Assembly (NCBI GenBank): GCA_051892875.1 | Contig: JBJFGR010000026.1 | Span: forward strand, 7,982-71,981 | DNA: 64,000 nucleotides | From: Succinivibrionaceae bacterium | GTDB lineage: Bacteria > Pseudomonadota > Gammaproteobacteria > Enterobacterales > Succinivibrionaceae | Reading direction: 5' to 3' | Part shown: positions 49,321-58,798 of the stretch, one piece after another | Numbering within the stretch: the first letter of the stretch is position 1 | How the letters are laid out: every line of letters begins with the position of its first letter | Translations under genes and position numbers: made by a program | The notes under the pieces: generated by a model | Seen by the model: the letters and a program-made list of their open reading frames with translations, nothing else | The model's database searches: none | What the model was told of the DNA's origin: nothing

Positions 49321-50181
49321 ATGAAGCTATTTATTGTAAGTGGTCGAAGTGGTGCTGGTAAGACCATCGCATTAAGAGTTTTAGAGGATCTTAATTATAA
49401 TTGTATAGATAATCTACCTATAGATTTACTGCCTGAAGTAATAACGCTTAGTATTGCAGAAAATCATAATAAAATGGCTGTAAGTGTTGATATTAGAAAT
49501 ATTCCATCAAAACCAGAAAAGTTTATAAAATTTTTAAGTAAATTTAGATCAGATGATGAAAATGAGCTTATCAGCATTTTTTTAGATGCTGATGACTCAA
49601 CTTTGATAAAGCGTTATGAAGAAACAAGAAGATTACATCCTTTATCTAAACAATATCCAGATTTATCATTAGAAGAATCTATAAAAGCTGAACACGGAAT
49701 TTTGGATCAGTTATCCGATTATGCTGATATCAGAATAGATACCTCTAGTTTGAGTATTCATGAATTATCTGAAGAAATTACGTCAATTGTTTTAGGGAAA
49801 AAAGGAAAAAATATAACAATTGTTTTTGAATCCTTTGGTTTTAAGAATGGGATTGTAAAGGACGCTGATTTTGTTTTTGATGCTCGTTTTTTACCAAATC
49901 CTCATTGGGTTCCTGAATTAAGATTATTAACAGGGTTAGATAAAGAAGTTCATGATTTTTTTTCAAAATATCCTGAAGTACAAACTTATATTCAACATAT
50001 TGATTCATTAATTGACTATTGGTTACCTTTTATAGAAAGAAATAACCGTAGTTATTTAACGATTGCTATTGGATGCACAGGGGGACAACATAGAAGTGTA
50101 TTCATAGCAGAATCATTAGGTAAAAGATTTAAATTAAGAAATAAAAATGTAATTATAAAACATAAATCATTAAAAAAATAA
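49321..50181 (+). CDS. rapZ: RNase adapter protein RapZ
   Basis: VSGRSGAGKTIALRVLEDL.Y.CIDNLP...FLPNPHW...IGCTGGQHRSV is colinear with E. coli RapZ. Confidence 0.9.
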   Translation: MKLFIVSGRSGAGKTIALRVLEDLNYNCIDNLPIDLLPEVITLSIAENHNKMAVSVDIRNIPSKPEKFIKFLSKFRSDDENELISIFLDADDSTLIKRYEETRRLHPLSKQYPDLSLEESIKAEHGILDQLSDYADIRIDTSSLSIHELSEEITSIVLGKKGKNITIVFESFGFKNGIVKDADFVFDARFLPNPHWVPELRLLTGLDKEVHDFFSKYPEVQTYIQHIDSLIDYWLPFIERNNRSYLTIAIGCTGGQHRSVFIAESLGKRFKLRNKNVIIKHKSLKK

Positions 50182-50183
50182 TT

Positions 50184-50873
50184 ATGATTGGTACTATAGT
50201 AAATGTTGTAGGTATTGTTGCAGGTTCTGTAATAGGTGCCATTTTAGGAAAAAAATTAGTTAATAGTTATCAAGAATCCCTCTTTATTGCTTTAGGAGGG
50301 TGCGTTGGTATTGTAGGATTGAAAGTAATTATATCTTCAATTAATAATGATGCTAATATACTGCTTTTAATTGTAAATATGTGTTTGGGAGCGTTAATTG
50401 GTAATTATTTCAAATTACATGATAGATTTATAAAATTATCAGAACGGCTGAAAGCTGGAAATAATTTTGGGGAAGGACTGATAACAGCAATATTGTTATT
50501 TTGTATAGGTGCATTATCTATTTTAGGTCCGATTGAAAGTGCTTTAAAAAATGATCATACCATGTTGTTTATAAATGCCTCCTTAGATTTTGTTTCGTCT
50601 ATTGCTTTAGCTTCTGCCTATGGTGTAGGTATAGCTCTTGCAGCCCCTGTTTTATTTATATTTCAGGGAGCAATCTATATGTGTGCTCTTATAATAAAGG
50701 ATTCAATTCCTGAATATATATTGTCTAATTTAACACTAACTGGTGGTTTGTTAATTATTTTTTCGAGTATTGTATTATTAAAAATAAAATCTATTAAAAC
50801 CACTGATTATTTACCTGCATTGTTTTTATCAATAATAACCTCAATAATCGTTCATGATTTCATTAAATTTTAA
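50184..50873 (+). CDS. DUF554-family membrane protein (YqgA/YdfK-like)
   Basis: MIGTIVNVVGIVAGSVIGAILGKKL start and a polytopic profile typical of DUF554. Confidence 0.65.
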   Translation: MIGTIVNVVGIVAGSVIGAILGKKLVNSYQESLFIALGGCVGIVGLKVIISSINNDANILLLIVNMCLGALIGNYFKLHDRFIKLSERLKAGNNFGEGLITAILLFCIGALSILGPIESALKNDHTMLFINASLDFVSSIALASAYGVGIALAAPVLFIFQGAIYMCALIIKDSIPEYILSNLTLTGGLLIIFSSIVLLKIKSIKTTDYLPALFLSIITSIIVHDFIKF

Positions 50874-50881
50874 GGTCTTAT

Positions 50882-53800
50882 ATGGATATATTAAGTAAAA
50901 TAATTAAACATACAATAAAAATAATTTTTCATTTTTTTATTACCATATATATTTTTTTATGTTCAAATATAGCTTATGCAGAAATAGATTTACTTAATTA
51001 TAAAGATAAAGACCCTGCACAATTAGGTATCTCCGTAGGTGAAATTCAAAAAAAGATAGAAAATATTGATTCATTAGGAGATTTAGCTTCAGAAATTGAT
51101 AAAAAGTCAAAGATTGAATGGCAAGAAGTTTTATTTGAAATAACTTCTATACTTCAAGATGATGAAGAACTTAATATGATTAAGTCATTTATAAATGGTA
51201 ATACAAGGTCGATAAATGAATTAGAAATATCAAAAGTTCAATCACAAATACAAGAATATAAATTTAACTTATATAAATATGGTGTAAAAGAATTAAATAA
51301 TATTGAATTAAATATAGCTAAGAGTATAGAAGAATATACAACAATACATGAGAAGTTTCGTCTAAATTTAGAAAAAATATCAAGTTTATCATTAAAGAGT
51401 CAAGATAATGCCAATAAATATAATAATGAATTGTTAGATTTACAAAGTAGACTTAATCTTATAACAACTTCTGATTCATATAGAGAATCTGAGAAGTTTT
51501 TGTATGTAGCAAAGATTTCAGCTATTAAATCTCATTTGATATTGAATAATTTTAAGTTAAGTAATAGTGGTGTTTTATTTGAAAAAATAAGATCAACAGT
51601 TCAGCGCTATAAGGAACTGCTAAATAATTTAAATAATCTAAAAATTAAAATCGATGCTCAAATTATAGATTTGAGAAAAAATGAAACATTGCAACAGAAT
51701 GAAATGCTTGGTATAACACCTGAAAGAATTTCAAATAATCAATTTTTATCAGAGTTATATTATGAAAATCGTAGGTTGTATACAGAGCTTTCTGTTATGT
51801 TTGAAAAAAATAATGATTTTCAGAAATATAATCGCCAAATAAATACTTTGATTGAAAGAACTACAAAAATTCAACAAGATATAGAAAATCAAATTCAATA
51901 TTTTGATAACACAATTTTTTTATCAAAAGTTCTATTTAAAAAAAGTGATTTAATACCAAATTATATTTTGCCAATTAATTTGAATGATGAAATTAATATT
52001 TTGCGTTTGCAACAATATGATTACAGTATTGAATTAGAAGAAACAGGTGAAGATGATAATTACATAGCGTATTTATCAAAAAAATATGATTATCCAAATA
52101 TTTTAAAAGAAGAAGATAAAGAGGTTGTTCAAGTTCTAATAACTTCTAGAAAAAAAATTTTATCAGCTTTATTAAGGGAATTATCACCTACGCTGAATAA
52201 TGCCATAAATATGCAAGCTAATATGCAAAAATACAGTAAAATAAAAGATTCAATAACAACCCAAATATACAATCAAATATTTTGGAGTCCTAGTAATTTA
52301 GCAATATCTAAAAAGTGGTTTGAGACTTTTGATAAATCATTACATGAACAGATTACCAAGATTAAGAAAGTTTATGATAAATCAAGCTTTGGTTTATTGG
52401 AACCAAATAATATTGTTAAATCTTTGCCTTTTATATTTTTATGGGGAATTATATCAATACTATATTCGAGAATAAAGAGAATAAAAGCTGAAATAAATTC
52501 TTTTGTTGGTAAGATTAAAACAGATAGACAGTCGTATACTCCAATAGTGATTTTTTTGACCTTGATACAGAGTGTAAGAACTCCATTATTGTTCGGGGCT
52601 ATAGGTTTTATAATTTTAGGTTGCACACAAATAGGTAATAATATTAATGAAATTACAGAATATAATTATATTATTGTTAAAATTGTCCTAGTTGTTTTCT
52701 TGTATTCATGTGTAGCTAATTTTATTTTAAAAACGTGTAAAGAAGGATCTCTTGCTGAAAAACATTTTAAAATCCCTTTTAATAAAAAGGTTTATAACAG
52801 AAATATTCGTTTATTTTCTGCTATGGGTTTATTTTTAGTATTTATAACTTGGAAAATAAGTGATCCTCAAACCTTTTCATACGATATATTAGGACAGGTT
52901 TTTTCAATATTAATTTTAGTTTATTTAGTTGTAGAGATGTCTTTTTCATTAAAGAATAAGATAAAAAAGAGAATTGGAATATGGCAAATAACAGTATCAT
53001 TAATGTCATTATTACTGATTATTTTAGATATAATATTAGTTATTTTTGGGTATTTTTATTCAGCTATTCGTTTAGCTAATATTATTATTGCTACCTATAT
53101 ATCAATGATTTTATACAACATTATTTATTTATCGGTTTTGAGAGCCCTATCCTTAGCTGAAAAAAGACTATATATAAAAAGACGTTTAGAACATAAAGTT
53201 CAAGTTCAGATTAATGAAAATAAGAAAAATAATTTAGATGATAACAAAGAACTCATAGATACTGTCGATTCTGAGATTTCTGTTGCTGATATTAATGAGC
53301 AGACCCGTAAGCTATTTCAATATATATTAGTATCTTGCTTAATTGTTGTTTTATATCAGATGTGGGGGGATATAATTCAATTAACAAGTTATGCTAAATA
53401 TATTACATTGTATACTATCAATGGTGATAATGAATCAATAAAAACAGTTAGTTTATTAGATTTAATATATGTATGCTATAGTATTTTACTTTCTTTTGTA
53501 TTTATAAAGAATTTTCCTGGTTTTCTTGAAGTTTTAATTTTTAATAGGTTTAAAACTTTACAAAATTATAGTTATTCAATAATAACAATTTTAACATACA
53601 TTGTTTTTGCAATGTGTTTACTATTTTGTTGTTCTTCATTAGGTGTTTCTTGGGATAAATTACAATGGTTAGTAGCAGCATTATCTGTTGGTTTAGGTTT
53701 CGGTTTACAAGAAATTTTTGGTAATTTTATATCAGGTTTAATATTATTGTTTGAAAGGCCTATAAGAATAGGTGATTATATAACAATAGACGGAAACTTA

Positions 53801-54262
53801 TGTAAAGTTTTGAAGATTCGTATTCGTTCTACAACTGTTATGGATTTTGATAGAAAAGAGTATATTGTTCCAAATAAAGAATTTATTACTTCAAAAATTA
53901 CAAATTGGTCATTAGAACCAATTACTAGAGTGAAAATGGTTTTTGGGGTAAGTTATAATTCAGATTTAGAATTAGTTAAAAAATTAATTTTAGAAGTTGT
54001 GGAACGCAATCCTTATGTTTTAAAGGAACCAAAGTATTCAGTTGTTCTTACCGATTTTGCGGATAGTGCAGTGGAATTTACTTTACGTATTTATGTTAGA
54101 AGTATCCTAGAAATGACTGTTTGTAGAGATAGTTTAAATATGGAAGTTTTTAAAGTGTTTAATGAAAATAATATAGAAATTCCGTTTAATCAATTGGATG
54201 TTTATATTAAAAATACAAATTCAGCTCAGGAGATAAAGATTCATTCAGGAAACGATATGTAA
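50882..54262 (+). CDS. Large MscS-family mechanosensitive channel (MscK/KefA/MscM-like)
   Basis: Signal peptide plus a long coiled-coil periplasmic domain and multiple TM helices. The MscS core reads GLGFGLQEIFGNFISGLILLFERPIRIGDYI. Confidence 0.8.
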   Translation: MDILSKIIKHTIKIIFHFFITIYIFLCSNIAYAEIDLLNYKDKDPAQLGISVGEIQKKIENIDSLGDLASEIDKKSKIEWQEVLFEITSILQDDEELNMIKSFINGNTRSINELEISKVQSQIQEYKFNLYKYGVKELNNIELNIAKSIEEYTTIHEKFRLNLEKISSLSLKSQDNANKYNNELLDLQSRLNLITTSDSYRESEKFLYVAKISAIKSHLILNNFKLSNSGVLFEKIRSTVQRYKELLNNLNNLKIKIDAQIIDLRKNETLQQNEMLGITPERISNNQFLSELYYENRRLYTELSVMFEKNNDFQKYNRQINTLIERTTKIQQDIENQIQYFDNTIFLSKVLFKKSDLIPNYILPINLNDEINILRLQQYDYSIELEETGEDDNYIAYLSKKYDYPNILKEEDKEVVQVLITSRKKILSALLRELSPTLNNAINMQANMQKYSKIKDSITTQIYNQIFWSPSNLAISKKWFETFDKSLHEQITKIKKVYDKSSFGLLEPNNIVKSLPFIFLWGIISILYSRIKRIKAEINSFVGKIKTDRQSYTPIVIFLTLIQSVRTPLLFGAIGFIILGCTQIGNNINEITEYNYIIVKIVLVVFLYSCVANFILKTCKEGSLAEKHFKIPFNKKVYNRNIRLFSAMGLFLVFITWKISDPQTFSYDILGQVFSILILVYLVVEMSFSLKNKIKKRIGIWQITVSLMSLLLIILDIILVIFGYFYSAIRLANIIIATYISMILYNIIYLSVLRALSLAEKRLYIKRRLEHKVQVQINENKKNNLDDNKELIDTVDSEISVADINEQTRKLFQYILVSCLIVVLYQMWGDIIQLTSYAKYITLYTINGDNESIKTVSLLDLIYVCYSILLSFVFIKNFPGFLEVLIFNRFKTLQNYSYSIITILTYIVFAMCLLFCCSSLGVSWDKLQWLVAALSVGLGFGLQEIFGNFISGLILLFERPIRIGDYITIDGNLCKVLKIRIRSTTVMDFDRKEYIVPNKEFITSKITNWSLEPITRVKMVFGVSYNSDLELVKKLILEVVERNPYVLKEPKYSVVLTDFADSAVEFTLRIYVRSILEMTVCRDSLNMEVFKVFNENNIEIPFNQLDVYIKNTNSAQEIKIHSGNDM

Positions 54263-54454
54263 TTATTGTTTACCATATAGTATATTTTGAGATGTGATTT
54301 GTGCGATTTTTACTATATATTTGTAAGATAGTATTTGTTTTTAACAAGCGATTAATATAGAGAGAATCATACAAGCTCTTTTTAGAATAAGCTTAAAAAA
54401 ATTATTAGATTGTAAGCTTTGTAAGCAGACAAAAAAAAATCATAATTTTTCACA

Positions 54455-54482
54455 TTGATAATTTTTAAATTATATATAAAAT
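54455..54482 (+). promoter_or_regulatory. Promoter of Csr/Rsm-like sRNA 1
   Basis: TTGATA (54455-54460), 16-nt spacer, TAAAAT (54477-54482). The geometry and -10 hexamer are the same as at sRNA 2. Confidence 0.55.
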
Positions 54483-54488
54483 GACAAT

Positions 54489-54621
54489 ATAAACATTGAG
54501 AACAAGGATGTTCGTTTTTACTTATGGATGAGTAGATAATGTTTTTGGGAATATATCCCGTGTTTTATGGATGAGTTATTATGTTTTGGGAAGTTCTTTG
54601 AGAGCTTCCCTTTTCTTTCTT
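54489..54621 (+). ncRNA. Csr/Rsm-family (CsrB/RsmY-like) CsrA-sequestering sRNA candidate 1
   Basis: Hairpin GAAC-AAGGAT-GTTC (54500-54513) presents ACAAGGAUGU in its loop. UUAUGGAUGAGU occurs twice (54522-54533 and 54565-54576). Further GGGA motifs are present. The terminator has a 10-bp stem, GGGAAGTTCT / AGAGCTTCCC (54588-54610), plus TTTTCTTTCTT. There is no ORF. Confidence 0.7.
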
Positions 54622-54700
54622 GTGAATTATTGAATTTTAGAGTAAAGCAAAGTATAATTGAAAACAATTTTTTACAGTATTTTATAGAATAATCTTTTAA

Positions 54701-56026
<1,326 letters not shown>

Positions 56027-56053
56027 TAGAATTACTTAATATTTTTAATGAGT

Positions 56054-56088
56054 AAAACCCAAGCAAGTTTGTTTTTGTTTGGGTTTTT
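56054..56088 (+). terminator. Rho-independent terminator after serS
   Basis: Stem CCCAAGCAA / TTGTTTGGG (9 bp, including one G-U pair), flanked by A4 and T5. Confidence 0.7.
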
Positions 56089-56239
56089 ATGAAATTGAAG
56101 AAAATATGTAACATTTTTAATATGAAACATAAGGTGTTTAATAATTTTTGTGGAAACAAATTAACTATATGAGCTAGTCAACAGACTTTAGTTTGTAGGT
56201 GATATATTGAATAATGTTAAAATTAAAAGGATGTATTTA

Positions 56240-56572
56240 ATGAGTAATGATAATTTAGTAGCAAGTCTTCATGAAGAACTTGAAATGAAAAGTACTGATA
56301 GTATAGATGCAATGCAACATTTTGAATATCAGACAGAAGGTACATGTGCACGCATTATAACTTTTGAAGTAGAAGATAACAAAATACATAATGTACATTT
56401 CATAGGTGGGTGTCCTGGTAATTTAAAAATGATTTCCAAACTAATCGAAGGTATGAATGTGAATGATGTTTATAAAAAGTGTTTAGGAAACACATGTGGA
56501 AACAAAGGAACTTCATGTGCAGATCAGCTAGCTTTAGCTTGTAAGAAATATATGGAACAATTTAAAAAATAA
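56240..56572 (+). CDS. TSCPD-domain protein of the TIGR03905 type
   Basis: EYQTEGTCARIITFEVEDNKIHNVHFIGGCPGNLKMISKLIEGMNVNDV...CGNKGTSCADQLA. The start is uncertain: track TTG at 56207, ATG at 56240 with an AGGA RBS, or ATG at 56312 just before the domain. Confidence 0.65.
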   Translation: MSNDNLVASLHEELEMKSTDSIDAMQHFEYQTEGTCARIITFEVEDNKIHNVHFIGGCPGNLKMISKLIEGMNVNDVYKKCLGNTCGNKGTSCADQLALACKKYMEQFKK

Positions 56573-56584
56573 AGGATATATTTA

Positions 56585-56911
56585 GTGAATACAGAAGATT
56601 TAGTAAGTAGCGTTTCTTGTGCAATTGAAGATATAAAAGGTAAGGATATAGTTGCAATAGATGTAAGTAAAACTTCATCAATAACTGACGTTATGATGAT
56701 ATGTACAGGAACATCCACTAGACATACATGTGCTATAGCTGAAAAAGTATGTGAAGCCATGCATAAAATAAGTGTTGAAACAAATGGTATAGAAGGTGAA
56801 AATCCAGGAGATTGGGTTTTGATTGACCTTGGAAGGGTTGTAGTTCATGTAATGATTCAAGAAGCACGAGATACTTATCAATTAGAAGAACTTTATAGGT
56901 TTGGTGCGTAA
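56585..56911 (+). CDS. rsfS: Ribosome silencing factor RsfS
   Basis: IEDIKGKDIVAIDVSKTSSITDVMMICTGTSTRH...GENPGDWVLIDLGRVVVHVM is colinear with E. coli RsfS. GTG start. Confidence 0.85.
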   Translation: MNTEDLVSSVSCAIEDIKGKDIVAIDVSKTSSITDVMMICTGTSTRHTCAIAEKVCEAMHKISVETNGIEGENPGDWVLIDLGRVVVHVMIQEARDTYQLEELYRFGA

Positions 56912-56917
56912 TTATTA

Positions 56918-57595
56918 ATGAATGGTAATATTACAACACAAGATGTTTTCAAAGCAGTAAATGAATTAGTTGCAGATGGAGAACGTATAACTTTAGCCAA
57001 TGTAAGAGCAAAAATTGGGAGGGGATCTTATGCAACTATTAAAAAGTTTCTAATACAACAAAATATTTCGACTGCACGTATTTCTGCGAATGTTGGTAAA
57101 GATGTTGTTGTTTCAAAAGTATCAGATTCTTTAGCTTCTGTTTTAAAAGATACTCAATCAGCAATTTTAGTCGCAACTGCAAAAGAAGAATGTTATAAAA
57201 AGCAACTTTCACAAAAAAAAATAGATGATTTTATATTAATAGCTGAAATGGTTATTGAAGAATTTATAGCAGAGATATTAGAAAATCACTTACCTGTTGA
57301 TAATTTATTAAAAGTTTTTAATAGCGATGTAAAAATTAGAAACATTATTACTACAAAAGAAACAGATACTCCAAGTATTGTAGAACCTACTGGAGTTGAT
57401 GTTATAGTACATAGTATGAAAGATGTTTTGGTTGATGAAATTTGCTCGTATATCAATAAAGTTATTCAAAACACTTATCAAGTAAATTCTTATGCAGGTG
57501 GGGTAAATAGCTTATTAGCTATTCAACATATGTTACTTGATTTAAAACAAAAGTTTAGGAAAGAAATTCAGTATGAGCAAGCTTACCACTACTGA
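56918..57595 (+). CDS. KfrA_N-type DNA-binding protein with helical C-terminal region (paralogue 1)
   Basis: ITTQDVFKAVNELVADGERITLANVRAKIGRGSYATIKKFL matches the KfrA N-terminal DNA-binding pattern. It starts 6 nt after the rsfS stop. Confidence 0.6.
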   Translation: MNGNITTQDVFKAVNELVADGERITLANVRAKIGRGSYATIKKFLIQQNISTARISANVGKDVVVSKVSDSLASVLKDTQSAILVATAKEECYKKQLSQKKIDDFILIAEMVIEEFIAEILENHLPVDNLLKVFNSDVKIRNIITTKETDTPSIVEPTGVDVIVHSMKDVLVDEICSYINKVIQNTYQVNSYAGGVNSLLAIQHMLLDLKQKFRKEIQYEQAYHY

Positions 57596-58091
57596 GATAA
57601 ACACAGTTATATCTAAATTATTATCAGAAGGAAAAAAAGTGAGTACTAAAAATGTACGAACTGAATTGGGATATGGTTCTTATTCATCAATACAAGAAAT
57701 CTTAAGAGAATTAGGTTATTTAGACGATAAACAAAAAATAGAAGATAAAGAAGAATCTAATGATACTATTAGTAGATTATTAGAGAAATATCAACAAGAG
57801 TTACAATTAAAAAATAAAGAAGTAAAAGATAAGGAATATTTATTAAAAAAATATGATGTTACTATTAGTAAAAAAATAGAATATGCTAATAATAATTTAA
57901 AACATTTTAATGACAGGATTTTAAAAGATAAAATAGTACCAACTATTCCTAACGATCTAATAAAATTATTAAATGAAGTTAGAGAGGTTCTTTATAAAAA
58001 AATTTCTATGCTATCTGATAATAAAGGGGACTATTATCTAGATAAAGCAAAAAGACTTCATCAGATGATGATCTTAAATAAAGATTCGTAA
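57573..58091 (+). CDS. KfrA_N-type DNA-binding protein with K/E-rich coiled-coil tail (paralogue 2)
   Basis: TTTEINTVISKLLSEGKKVSTKNVRTELGYGSYSSIQEILREL. It overlaps paralogue 1 by 23 nt. Confidence 0.6.
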   Translation: MSKLTTTEINTVISKLLSEGKKVSTKNVRTELGYGSYSSIQEILRELGYLDDKQKIEDKEESNDTISRLLEKYQQELQLKNKEVKDKEYLLKKYDVTISKKIEYANNNLKHFNDRILKDKIVPTIPNDLIKLLNEVREVLYKKISMLSDNKGDYYLDKAKRLHQMMILNKDS

Positions 58092-58151
58092 TTATAAAAT
58101 CAAAAAAAGAGTACTTATCCACTTATTTATCACCAAAATTATTAACGATAT

Positions 58152-58170
58152 ATTCACAAAAATTGTGAAT
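58152..58170 (+). terminator. Palindrome ATTCACAA-AAA-TTGTGAAT after the second kfrA-like gene (terminator or operator candidate)
   Basis: 8-bp stem with a 3-nt loop, followed by the T-rich TATATTTTATTTTT. Confidence 0.35.
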
Positions 58171-58370
58171 TATATTTTATTTTTGAAGTAATTATTTTAA
58201 TAAACAGTCTTACATTTTTTAAACAAGATTACAAAAGAGAAATAAGTATTGTGAGATATTTGCTACAAGTTTGTAGGTCATTAATAGAAAAATTCAAAAA
58301 ACATGCTTTTAAACCATTGTAGTATAAGCTCTTATAAAAAGTGTGATTAATATTGCTTTTTGTGAGACTA

Positions 58371-58398
58371 TTGTATTTTATGCATAAAAAGTTAAAAT
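58371..58398 (+). promoter_or_regulatory. Promoter of Csr/Rsm-like sRNA 2
   Basis: TTGTAT (58371-58376), 16-nt spacer, TAAAAT (58393-58398). TAAAATGA follows, as at sRNA 1. Confidence 0.55.
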
Positions 58399-58404
58399 GA
58401 TTAC

Positions 58405-58526
58405 ATGAATAGCGAGGAACAAGGATGTTCCGAAATTGATACTTAGGATGAGAATCAACTATTCAGGACAAGGATGTCCGAAACAAATTAAAGTAGGGAG
58501 GTTAGGATGACCTCCCTTTTCATTTC
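58405..58526 (+). ncRNA. Csr/Rsm-family CsrA-sequestering sRNA candidate 2
   Basis: Hairpins GGAAC-AAGGAT-GTTCC (58416-58431) and GGAC-AAGGAT-GTCC (58466-58479) are present. A single-stranded CUUAGGAUGAG lies at 58442-58452. The terminator GGGAGGT-TAGGATG-ACCTCCC (58496-58516) displays GGA in its loop and is followed by TTTT. There are seven GGA motifs, four of them as AGGAUG. Confidence 0.7.
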
Positions 58527-58798
58527 TATCAAAGTAGTATATAGATAATACTTGTTTGTTGAAAGACCTATTTATTCTGAGAGTATTTTGCATGATGTAC
58601 GTTGCTAGATAGAACGCTTACTTTTACGCAAAAAAATGGCATGAATATGCTATTTTTTAATAAATTATCGGTAATTGTGCCAACTTTTTTATAGACTAAG
58701 ATCTGTAATCACATTATGTGCTTCATACCACACATATGAATTCACTTTTAGGTTCAACAACTATAGGTTGTTCAAATACAGGTGATAGAATTATTATT

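Noticed and set aside
54411-54428. TGTAAGCTTTGTAAGCAG, about 70 nt upstream of sRNA 1, as a GacA/UvrY box.
   Set aside because: The two TGTAAG units are direct repeats, not inverted. The expected CTTACA second half is absent. I report only the weaker far-upstream TGTRAGATA similarity as a hypothesis.
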